Part shown: one piece after another, positions 54,701 to 62,572 of the stretch
Layout of the letters: every line of letters begins with the position of its first letter
Position numbering within the stretch: position 1 is the first letter of the stretch
NCBI GenBank assembly: GCA_965215365.1
Contig: CBDCDS010000003.1
Coordinates: 1,248,001 to 1,312,000 of the forward strand
Source: Gammaproteobacteria bacterium
GTDB lineage: Bacteria; Pseudomonadota; Gammaproteobacteria; Eutrophobiales; Eutrophobiaceae
Reading direction: 5' to 3'
DNA length: 64,000 nucleotides
The notes under the pieces: generated by a model
The model's input: the letters and a program-made list of their open reading frames with translations, nothing else
What the model was told of the DNA's origin: nothing
Databases searched by the model: none
Made by a program: the position numbers and the translations under genes

Positions 54701-57697
54701 CGAGGCAGCGTGAGACAAACGCACCACCGGCGCCGCATCCGCCCCGGCCGCCACCGTCACATCGTCAATGGACACGGTTGGCAGGTTGTCGTCATTGATA
54801 ATCAGACCCTCAGCGCTGACGGCAACCTGCCCGCCCAGCGTCACCCCCTCGGGATTGTACAGAAACGCTGTCAAATACTCGTGCCGCTCTACCACCGTGT
54901 CCTCGACGGTGGCAATGGTCAAGACCTGACTGAGCTCGCCCGGCGCAAAGGTCAGCCTGCCGCTGCCTCCGGTGTAGTCTATGCCGGCCTTGGCAGTGGC
55001 CGACGTCAGTCCCCACATCACCGACACGGACTCGCCGGCGGCATGGGACAGACGTACCTCAAAGCGCAACGCCTCGCCCTCCGGGGCCGAGGCATTGCCG
55101 ATGGACACCACCGGCGCCCCGGCTGTGGGCGGAGCCGTGTCGTTGTCGCGCACGGTGGCGGTGGCCTGACTGGTCGCCAGCGTGGCGCCGTCGGGGTTGC
55201 TCAGCGTAATGCCGAAGGTCTCTGCGCCCTCTACGGCCTCGTCGTCCAGGGTGCGCACCGCGATAGTCTTGCTCGTGACACCAGGCAGGAAAATCAAGCG
55301 CTGGTCGGTTCTGGCAATATAATCGTTGCCCGCGGTGGCGCTGCCGTCCACGGTAGTCCAATCCACCCACACCTTGTTGTGCCAGGTCTTGTTCAGGCTG
55401 ATGGTGAAGCGGGCGCCGCCGCCTTCGTCCACGCTGATATCATCAATGGACAAGGTGGGTGGAACCGGGTCGTCTTCCAGAATGATGGCGCGGCCGACCA
55501 CATCCCCCGCCAGCGCGTTCTTAAAATTGTCCAGGACCACAAAAAAACTTCGATCTCTCGTATGCACGTCGTCATCGAGCGTCTGCACCGAGATGGTGAT
55601 GCTCTGCTGGCCGGCCGGGACGGTAAGCGCCTGCGGTGGCTGACTTGTGTAGTCGGTGCCGGGCTGGGCGCTGTTGACCACTGTTTGCCAGACCATGGTC
55701 GCGTCCTCGCCCCAAACTTTGTCCAGGCTGATGGTGAACACCGCGGCGTCGCCCTCGGTGACGGTCACATCGCCAATAGATACAGTGGGCGGGGGCGGAT
55801 CGTCTTCCAGGATAACGACGGGGGCAAAGTAAGGGGAGCGCATGGCGACGGCGGCGTTGACGGGGTCGCTGAAGGCAATTCCAATCGACCGATCCCCGTC
55901 GTAAACATTGTCATCGTAGGTCTGCACACTGACGGTGATGCTTTGCTGACCGGCCGGGATAGTGATTGGCGCGCCCGACTGTTCCTCAAAATCTCCCTTG
56001 GTGTTGCCGTGCAAGTGGTACGTTTTCCAGGTGGCTTGCACATCATGGATGGATACCCGGTCGAGACGGATGGTGACCTGCGCCAATTCGCCCTCATTCA
56101 CCCTGATGGTGTCAGCAGAGAGACGCGGTAACGGATCCGCATCCAGCACCGTCACTGTGCCGGTGGCGCTGCCCAGCACGGCGTTGACCGGATTGCTGAT
56201 TGCGACGGTGAAGGTTTTACGCGGCGCCTCGTCAAGCTGGTCCGCCGCGGTGGCTACGGCGATGACCTGATGCGTCTCCCCCGGTTGGAACGTGAGCATG
56301 GTCGTCGTGACGCCGGTATAATCCGTCCCGGCCAGCGCCGTGCCGTCGGCGGTGTGCCAGTTCGCCGTCACCGTCTGCGTCGATGGCGCCGACAGTGTCA
56401 CCAGCAGTCGCGCGGTCTCACCCTCCCGCACCTCCAGGTTGCCGATGGACACGGTGGGCGTGGGTGCGCCCCCGAACAGAAAGTCCGCCGCATCCAGGGT
56501 AATTCCAGCCTGCCCGGTCAGGGTAATGGTGTTGCCGCTGCTCACGGTAATCACCCGGTCCTGACCGCTAGCGGTGATGGTCAGGTCGGCTAAGCTCAGG
56601 CCGGTGTCGCGCAAATCAATGAGGTCCGTGCCATCGGTGAAGTCAGTAATAGTGTCGGCGCCGAAGCCGGTGAGCCGGTAACGGAAGGTGTCATCGCCGG
56701 CGCCGCCGGTCAGAGTGTCATCCCCGGCGCCGCCGTCGAGGATGTCGTCGCCGGGGCCGCCGTCCAGGGTGTCATCGCCACCGTTGCCGACTAGGGTGTT
56801 GGCCGCATCGTTGCCAGTTACATCGTCCGCGCCACTGCCGCCGAGGAACTTTTCGATGACCGTATCCTTGTAAATCACCATGACACCCCTGGCGCCGAAA
56901 ATGTCAGACACCGCGCCGGGACGCAAGTCCACCCGGCTGCCGCGCACGGCGTCGGAATAATCGAAGGTATCGATACCACCGTCGTCGATGAGGGTAAAGG
57001 TCAGTGTGGGGATTTCCGCAGACGGGGTGATGCCCTTCATGATCCCGGCAATCTGGTCGAGGTAGCCGCCGGCGTTGGAGTTAAAGCCATATACGGTGTC
57101 ACCGGTGCGGACGTTGTTGCTGTCGCCGTACAGCTTCTCAATGGCCAGGATGTCCGCGGTCATGGGCGTGGCCGGATAAGCCCAGGACGCGTCCACCTCG
57201 GTATTCTCCTGCTGGTCGAAATAGGACATGGCCGTGAGCTGGTAGCTGTCGTTCACAAAGTAGTTGTCCGTACCGTAACGGGCGCTGCCATTGTAATTGC
57301 CCGGGTGCCACAGGCCGAGGGCGTGGCCGATCTCGTGAATATATACGTAGAGCGCCAAGTGCTTATGGGGCGCAAAATATTTAGAGACGTTGATGGAGTT
57401 GCTTATTGTGATGCCGTCCGAACTATACCATGTTCGCTCCGCCCATCCGCCCGCATATTTGTCATCGAAAGTAATGCCGCGCTCACCGCTTCTGAGGCTG
57501 GACTCAATGAAGCGCAGGCCAGTAGCCTGCGACCATAGATCAAGGGCCTTGCGCGCCAGAGATTGTCCGGCGGCATCCAGGCGCGAGACATCCACAGGAA
57601 TGGCATCGTCTTTGGAGGTGGAGATGGAAAATTTCCGCCCCTTGGAGATCAGGTAGACGGCAATCTGGTCTGGCGTACCTACGATTTTGCTGCTCAC
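51230..57697 (-). CDS. Larger serralysin-like M10 metalloprotease with RTX repeats, ~11-12 Calx-beta domains and 3 unnamed repeats
   Basis: HEIGHALGLWH, MSYF, Calx-beta motifs; GTG start after GGGAGGAG. Confidence 0.88.
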   Translation of the reverse strand: MSSKIVGTPDQIAVYLISKGRKFSISTSKDDAIPVDVSRLDAAGQSLARKALDLWSQATGLRFIESSLRSGERGITFDDKYAGGWAERTWYSSDGITISNSINVSKYFAPHKHLALYVYIHEIGHALGLWHPGNYNGSARYGTDNYFVNDSYQLTAMSYFDQQENTEVDASWAYPATPMTADILAIEKLYGDSNNVRTGDTVYGFNSNAGGYLDQIAGIMKGITPSAEIPTLTFTLIDDGGIDTFDYSDAVRGSRVDLRPGAVSDIFGARGVMVIYKDTVIEKFLGGSGADDVTGNDAANTLVGNGGDDTLDGGPGDDILDGGAGDDTLTGGAGDDTFRYRLTGFGADTITDFTDGTDLIDLRDTGLSLADLTITASGQDRVITVSSGNTITLTGQAGITLDAADFLFGGAPTPTVSIGNLEVREGETARLLVTLSAPSTQTVTANWHTADGTALAGTDYTGVTTTMLTFQPGETHQVIAVATAADQLDEAPRKTFTVAISNPVNAVLGSATGTVTVLDADPLPRLSADTIRVNEGELAQVTIRLDRVSIHDVQATWKTYHLHGNTKGDFEEQSGAPITIPAGQQSITVSVQTYDDNVYDGDRSIGIAFSDPVNAAVAMRSPYFAPVVILEDDPPPPTVSIGDVTVTEGDAAVFTISLDKVWGEDATMVWQTVVNSAQPGTDYTSQPPQALTVPAGQQSITISVQTLDDDVHTRDRSFFVVLDNFKNALAGDVVGRAIILEDDPVPPTLSIDDISVDEGGGARFTISLNKTWHNKVWVDWTTVDGSATAGNDYIARTDQRLIFLPGVTSKTIAVRTLDDEAVEGAETFGITLSNPDGATLATSQATATVRDNDTAPPTAGAPVVSIGNASAPEGEALRFEVRLSHAAGESVSVMWGLTSATAKAGIDYTGGSGRLTFAPGELSQVLTIATVEDTVVERHEYLTAFLYNPEGVTLGGQVAVSAEGLIINDDNLPTVSIDDVTVAAGADAAPVVRLSHAASDFVQLLWTASDGQWGEVKIAAGQTAQALQLLTANTPLTVTLSDAVGAVLGDAVGKITIAVDIPELIADVRGYAAETGNGDAHVLRWQRVLKALGETDAAFANLTPMTATEAQQLADTYSAARWSPVVTALTEIEALQQQPVVSIDDVTVTEGGNAQFTVSLDKAWTSDVTVDYTTADGSASAGSDYTGVSTAQTLTIAAGQQSATLTVATTDDSIDEPDEAFTVTLANPSGATLGDATGTATITDNDNPPALSIGDVTVTEGGTAQFTISLDAVSGKAVTVSWATSDGTASAGSDYTARAGQSTSIAAGQSSATITVQTTDDSTDETDETFTVTLSNPVNATLGDATGEATVTDNDDPPPPANPNAGLIADIRGYAAETNEGTEHVTRWQRTLKALGETDTAFANLTPMTATEAQTYLDKGWTRWERVVTALTEIEGQQQPGTNTTPPPPSPPVVSIDDVTVTEGGNAQFTVSLDKVWSSDVTVDYTTADGSASAGSDYTGVSTAQTLTIAAGQQSATLTVATTDDSIDEPDEAFTVTLANPSGATLGDATGTATITDNDNPPALSIGDVTVTEGGTAQFTISLDAVSGKAVTVSWATSDGTASAGSDYTARAGQSTSIAAGQSSATITVQTTDDSTDETDETFTVTLSNPVNATLGDATGEATVTDNDDPPPPANPNAGLIADIRGYAAETNEGTEHVTRWQRTLKALGETDTAFANLTPMTATEAQTYLDKGWTRWERVVTALTELEAQQQPDTNTTPPPPSPPVVAIDDVTVTEGGNAQFTVSLDKVWSSDVTVDYTTADGSASAGSDYTGVSTAQTLTITAGQQSATLTVATTDDSIDEPDETFTVTLANPSGATLGDATGTATITDNDNPPALSIGDVTVTEGGTAQFTISLDAVSGKAVTVSWATSDGTASAGSDYTARAGQSTSIAAGQSSATITVQTTDDSTDETDETFTVTLSNPVNATLGDASGEATVTDNDDPPPPPPPPPPPDTNTPIDPVPRTLPVINGLTLTGTVATDILTGNADNDRLDGHGGSDRLDGRGGDDILNGGPGSDTLHGGTGDDVLTGGGGFDFFYIDGDGGNDVMTDFDLWQDWLVFRGVAFRSKADMRANYVTEQGDDLVIYTDADRDHSVTLEDFVANGWQAADLGVIVV
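51740..54280. repeat. 939-bp intragenic tandem repeat (about 2.7 copies)
   Basis: Near-identical antisense ORFs start at 51957, 52896 and 53835. Confidence 0.9.
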
Positions 57698-57838
57698 AAG
57701 GACTCCTCCCAACGGGAGTTGGTGTTGTTGACAAAGATGCTGTTGTCAGCGCCTTGTCGTTCGTTCCGGGTACCACAGACTGCAAGTATAACCCGTTTAT
57801 TGGCTGAATGATACTCTGTGTTGTAGAATGTGCCGGTG

Positions 57839-58552
57839 ATGAAGAGCCGGGACTATACTGCGCTGGATCGACTGATCCTGGGATTTGAAAAGGCAACAGG
57901 TGTCGCCGGCGGCGACGGCGCTGGTGACGGCACCCCGGCCGGTGCCGGAATGATGGGCCGAGGCGTGGATACTGATACTGACGCGGGTAGTCGGGAGCGG
58001 GGATTTGAACCCGGGTTTGCCGGGGGCGACGCGTTGCTTGAAGATGCGGACAAACGGCGCAGCGCCGCGTTAATGCGGGTCAATCACGCCGGGGAAGTGG
58101 CGGCGCAAGCGCTGTATGCGGGACAGGCGATGACGGCGAGCAACGAGCAAGTGCGTAGTGCCATGTTGCAGGCTGCCGCAGAGGAGGGCGCGCATTTGTC
58201 CTGGTGTGCAACCCGGGTCAGGGAGCTGGACAGCCATCTCAGCTACCTCACCCCGCTCTGGTATTTCGGTGCGTTGGCCATCGGCGCGCTGGCCGGCGTA
58301 GCCGGTGACAAGTGGAATCTGGGCTTCGTCATGGCAACAGAACGCCAGGTGGTGCAACACCTAGATAAACATCTGCAACTGTTGCCGGAGCAGGATCATA
58401 AGAGCCGGAAGCTACTGCAACAGATGCGCCGGGATGAATTGCAACACGCCGCTACGGCCCGGGCCGCCGGTGGCGCCGAGTTGCCCGGGCCAGTGCGGAT
58501 ACTGATGCGTTGCTGCGCTAAAGTAATGACCGGGGTGGCCTACCGGGTGTGA
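57839..58552 (+). CDS. coq7: Demethoxyubiquinone hydroxylase (di-iron, COQ7)
   Basis: LMRVNHAGEVAAQALY, EEGAH, TERQVVQHL and DELQH motifs. Confidence 0.9.
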   Translation: MKSRDYTALDRLILGFEKATGVAGGDGAGDGTPAGAGMMGRGVDTDTDAGSRERGFEPGFAGGDALLEDADKRRSAALMRVNHAGEVAAQALYAGQAMTASNEQVRSAMLQAAAEEGAHLSWCATRVRELDSHLSYLTPLWYFGALAIGALAGVAGDKWNLGFVMATERQVVQHLDKHLQLLPEQDHKSRKLLQQMRRDELQHAATARAAGGAELPGPVRILMRCCAKVMTGVAYRV

Positions 58553-58558
58553 GACGCA

Positions 58559-58619
58559 GGCACCCGCAGGCAGAACCAATCCGGCGCGATCTTCGCATCA
58601 CTTGGTGAGATATGCGGGC
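58559..58619. repeat. Terminal fragment of MITE family A
   Basis: Matches about 20260-20320 and is followed by TA. Confidence 0.85.
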
Positions 58620-58653
58620 TAACGGGTATCGGTAAACAACTTCAGTTGAGACT

Positions 58654-60057
58654 ATGAGTAATTTGAATTTTGTGAGGTATTTTTCTCCGCCGCGTGGTGC
58701 GGGTGGCATGTGCGCGTTGCTGGCACTCCTGCTGTTTTCCATATCGACCCAGGCGGCATTGCCACGGGCGGCGGCTGGCCGGGAGCTGCCCAGTCTGGCG
58801 CCGATGCTGGAACAGGTGACGCCGGCTGTGGTTAACATCGCCACCGAAGGGCGGGTACAGGTGCGGCAGAACCCGTTGTTTTCCGATCCGTTTTTCCGGC
58901 GCTTCTTCAATGTCCCGGACCAGCCTATGGAACGCAAGACCCAGAGCTTGGGTTCGGGCGTTATCGTTGACGCCGGGCGCGGCCTAGTGCTCACCAACAA
59001 CCACGTCATCGCCAACGCCGTACAAATCACCGTGACCTTGCGCGACGGGCGGCATCTTGAAGCGGAGATTGTCGGCTCCGACCCGGCCACGGATGTAGCC
59101 GTGATCAAGGTGCCGGCAGAAAATCTGAGCGATATTGAGGTGGCCGACTCGGACGCGCTGCGAGTCGGCGATTTCGTGGTGGCCATAGGCAACCCGTTCG
59201 GTCTGGGTCAAACGGTCACTTCAGGCATTGTCAGCGCGCTCAGCCGCAGCGGCTTGGGTATAGAGGGCTATGAAGACTTTATCCAGACTGACGCCTCTAT
59301 CAACCCGGGCAATTCCGGCGGCGCGCTGGTCAACCTGAACGGTGAACTCATCGGTATTAACACCGCCATCTTTTCCCGCAGCGGCGGCAACATCGGCATC
59401 GGCTTTGCGATACCCATCAACCTGGCCTTGCAGATCATGGAGCAACTGCTGGAGAAGGGCGAGGTGGAACGCGGCTTCATCGGCGTGCAGGTGCAGAATC
59501 TGAACGCCGATCTGGCCGAAGCATTCGGGATCAAAAATCAGAAAGGCGCCATAGTCAACAGCGTCATGCCCGATTCGCCGGCGCAGGAGGCGGGCTTGCA
59601 ACCCGGCGATATTATCGTCTCCATCAATTCCAAGCCGGTCAAGGCAGCCGCTGATGTCAGAAACCACATCGGCCTGTTGCCGGTGGGTGAGCAGGTTTCG
59701 TTTGAAATCCTGCGCGCCGGCGAACGGCTGTCTCTGGATGCCAGGGTGGCTGCCGCAACAGAGCGCAGGCTGACCCAGAGTGGCACGCGTAATCCGCGTT
59801 TAGCCGGAGTAACACTGGGTGAGATCGGTGAGGAACATCCGTTTTATAAGCGTGTCAAAGGTGTGATTATCACCGCGGTCAAGCGTGGCTCGCGTGGCTG
59901 GTCCTCCGGCTTGAGGCAAGGCGACATCATTACTTCTGTCAACCGTCAGGCGGTCGCCGACCTGGACGCATTCCTGCAGCGGGTGGATAACCTGGAGGGG
60001 TCTTTGTTGTTGCGGGTCATCAGGGGGGAAGCGGCGGCGTTTCTGGTGATTAAGTAG
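58654..60057 (+). CDS. degQ: HtrA/DegQ serine protease with two PDZ domains
   Basis: LTNNHV, TDVAVIKV, QTDASINPGNSGG and GIGFAIP motifs. Confidence 0.92.
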   Translation: MSNLNFVRYFSPPRGAGGMCALLALLLFSISTQAALPRAAAGRELPSLAPMLEQVTPAVVNIATEGRVQVRQNPLFSDPFFRRFFNVPDQPMERKTQSLGSGVIVDAGRGLVLTNNHVIANAVQITVTLRDGRHLEAEIVGSDPATDVAVIKVPAENLSDIEVADSDALRVGDFVVAIGNPFGLGQTVTSGIVSALSRSGLGIEGYEDFIQTDASINPGNSGGALVNLNGELIGINTAIFSRSGGNIGIGFAIPINLALQIMEQLLEKGEVERGFIGVQVQNLNADLAEAFGIKNQKGAIVNSVMPDSPAQEAGLQPGDIIVSINSKPVKAAADVRNHIGLLPVGEQVSFEILRAGERLSLDARVAAATERRLTQSGTRNPRLAGVTLGEIGEEHPFYKRVKGVIITAVKRGSRGWSSGLRQGDIITSVNRQAVADLDAFLQRVDNLEGSLLLRVIRGEAAAFLVIK

Positions 60058-60135
60058 TCAGGTGCTACTCCTGTTACCCTGTGCCTCTCCATCAAGGAGA
60101 AGGGGAAGGTGTTGACAGGCTCGTGAGTTGCGCCC

Positions 60136-60927
60136 TCAGGGTCCTCCCGGTCCCCTTGGGGGAGAGGGAGGTGTCTCGTCTCCGGCATGAATGAGTCTCA
60201 ACAGGGCCAAGTCAACGTAATCGCGCCCATAGGCGGCACCGGCGGCTACCTCGAAGGGTTGACCGGGTTCTCCCAGGTGGTTGAGCACCAGCGCGGCGCC
60301 GGGGAACTCATCATCCCGGGTCAGCGGGTGGGTGGTGATGATGGTCTTGATGCCGGCGGCCCGCGCCGCCAGATTGCCGTTGGTGGTATCTTCCAGGGCG
60401 ATGCAGTGTTGCGCCGCCAGCCCCAGTTCCGACAGCACCTGCAGATATACCGCCGGCGAGGGCTTTTTGGCGGCGACGTGATCGCAGGTGACTACGACCG
60501 GAAACAGCTCACTGCCGGCATTGCCGAAAGTCCTGCGTAACAGGGTATGAACGTTGTCCGTGGAGGAACTGGTGGCGATGGCCAGTTGCAGGCCGGCGGC
60601 ACGGCATTCCCGTACCAGACGCCGGATGCCGGGCCGCAGTTCCATGAGGTCGGAGACCAGCAGTTGCCGGTACAAGGTGGATTTTCTGCGGTGTACGGTG
60701 TCCACAGTCTGTTCCAGTCCGGCGCCGTCAACGCCGGCTTGCTGCAGGCAGTGGCGGATCCTCTCCCAGCCGCCGGAAATGCAGAGCAGTTGCCGGTATT
60801 CACGGTGCGACCAGTGTAGTGGGCAGCCGGTTTCCTGAAAGGCAAGGTTGAAGGCCTGGCGATGCAACTCTTCCGTGTCGGCAAGGGTGCCGTCCATGTC
60901 GAAGATAACGGCCTTAAGGATGCTCAT
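60136..60927 (-). CDS. HAD-IA hydrolase (CbbY-like)
   Basis: FDMDGTLADTE..HRQAFN, KKPSP and EDTTNG motifs. Confidence 0.88.
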   Translation of the reverse strand: MSILKAVIFDMDGTLADTEELHRQAFNLAFQETGCPLHWSHREYRQLLCISGGWERIRHCLQQAGVDGAGLEQTVDTVHRRKSTLYRQLLVSDLMELRPGIRRLVRECRAAGLQLAIATSSSTDNVHTLLRRTFGNAGSELFPVVVTCDHVAAKKPSPAVYLQVLSELGLAAQHCIALEDTTNGNLAARAAGIKTIITTHPLTRDDEFPGAALVLNHLGEPGQPFEVAAGAAYGRDYVDLALLRLIHAGDETPPSPPRGPGGP

Positions 60928-60949
60928 TTATCCGATGGCAGCAAGTGAA

Positions 60950-60967
60950 TTGGTGAGATATACGGGT
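60950..60967. repeat. Short MITE-A terminal remnant
   Basis: TTGGTGAGATATACGGGT. Confidence 0.55.
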
Positions 60968-61031
60968 CAGGGGCTACTGTGCGCCGGGATAACTGCAGCC
61001 TGTGTCCGGCAACCAGTGCGGCTTCCAATGA

Positions 61032-62567
61032 CTATGAGCGCCTTGGTGTGCCGGCCTTGTTCCTGATGATGACTTCCTGCCACTGTGCCGGGCCGCTGTG
61101 GTGGACGGAGTTGCCATTGCTGTCCACGGCCACGGTGACCGGCATGTCGCGCACTTCAAACTCATGGATAGCCTCCATGCCCAGGTCGGCGAAGGCCACC
61201 ACCCGAGACGCGATGATCGCGCGCGACACCAGGTAAGCGGCGCCGCCGACTGCGCTCAGATATACCGCCCCGTGTTTTTTGATGGCGGCCCGCGCGGCCG
61301 GGCCGCGTTCGGCTTTGCCGATCATGCCGATCAACCCGGTTTGCTCCAGCAACAGGTCAGTGAACTTGTCCATACGGGTGGCGGTGGTAGGACCGGCGGG
61401 TCCCACGGCCTCGTCCCGCACTGCGTCCACCGGGCCTACGTAATAGATGAAGCGGTTGGTGAAATCCACCCCCTCGGGCAGTGCCGCCCCGGCCTTGAGC
61501 AGGTTGTCGATGCGTTGGTGCGCGGCATCCCGACCGGTGAGCAGTTTGCCACTGAGCAACAGCGTCTCGCCGGGCCGCCAGGCGGCCACATCGGCTCGCG
61601 TCAAGGTGTCGAGATTGACGCGGCGGGAACCGGCACCGGCATCCCAGCTGATTGCCGGCCAGTCCTCCGGGCTGGGCGGCTGCTGCAAGGTCGGGCCGCT
61701 ACCATCCAGAGTGAAATGGGCATGGCGCGTGGCCGCGCAGTTGGGGATCAAGGCCACCGGCAGCGAAGCCGCATGGGTGGGGTAGTCCAGGATTTTCACG
61801 TCCAGCGCCGTGGTCAGCCCCCCCAGGCCCTGGGCACCGATGCCCAGGTCGTTCACCCGCTGCAGAATTTCCAGGCGCAGTTCTTCCAGTCTGGTGCGAG
61901 CGCCGCGTTGCTTGAGCGCCGGTATGTCTATGGGCGCCAGCAGCGACTGCTTGGCCAGCAGCGCGGCCTTCTCCGCAGTGCCGCCGATGCCGATGCCGAG
62001 GATACCCGGCGGGCACCAGCCGGCGCCCAGGGTCGGCACCACCTCCACCACCCAGTCGGCAATGCTGTCGCTGGGGTTGAGCATGGCCAGCCTGGCCTTG
62101 TTCTCGGAGCCGCCGCCCTTGGCTGCAAGCTGCACCTCGACCTTATCGCCAGGCACCACGTTGGTATGGATCACCGCCGGCGTATTGTCGCCGGTATTGT
62201 TGCGCACGCCGGCGGGGTCAGCCATGATCGAAGCCCGCAGCACGTTATCCGCATGGGTGTAGGCGCGCCGCACGCCCTCGTTGATCATGTCGGCAACACT
62301 CATGCCAGCGCTGTCCCAGCGCACCTCCATACCGATGTTAATGAATACCGTGACGATGCCGGTATCCTGGCAGATGGGTCGGCGCCCTTCGGCGCACATC
62401 CTGGAATTAACCAGTATCTGCGCCAGCGCATCCCGGGCCGCCGGCGACTCTTCCGCCAGGTAGGCCTGATGCACCGCCTCGACAAAATCCGGCGGATGAT
62501 AACAGGACATGAACTGCAACGCGTCGGCGACGCTGTCGATCAGGTCAGCGGCTTTGATAGTGGTCAT
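61032..62567 (-). CDS. Class I fumarate hydratase (Fe-S)
   Basis: PICQDTG, KGGGSEN, GWCPP, NCAATRH and GPTTATRM motifs. Confidence 0.95.
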   Translation of the reverse strand: MTTIKAADLIDSVADALQFMSCYHPPDFVEAVHQAYLAEESPAARDALAQILVNSRMCAEGRRPICQDTGIVTVFINIGMEVRWDSAGMSVADMINEGVRRAYTHADNVLRASIMADPAGVRNNTGDNTPAVIHTNVVPGDKVEVQLAAKGGGSENKARLAMLNPSDSIADWVVEVVPTLGAGWCPPGILGIGIGGTAEKAALLAKQSLLAPIDIPALKQRGARTRLEELRLEILQRVNDLGIGAQGLGGLTTALDVKILDYPTHAASLPVALIPNCAATRHAHFTLDGSGPTLQQPPSPEDWPAISWDAGAGSRRVNLDTLTRADVAAWRPGETLLLSGKLLTGRDAAHQRIDNLLKAGAALPEGVDFTNRFIYYVGPVDAVRDEAVGPAGPTTATRMDKFTDLLLEQTGLIGMIGKAERGPAARAAIKKHGAVYLSAVGGAAYLVSRAIIASRVVAFADLGMEAIHEFEVRDMPVTVAVDSNGNSVHHSGPAQWQEVIIRNKAGTPRRS

Positions 62568-62572
62568 CGGTA

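Noticed and set aside
45866-57697. Diversity-generating retroelement template/variable repeats
   Set aside because: No reverse transcriptase in the window, and differences between copies do not look adenine-specific
60136-60927. Evidence for a Calvin cycle from the CbbY-like gene
   Set aside because: No RuBisCO or phosphoribulokinase in the window, and the HAD family is broad
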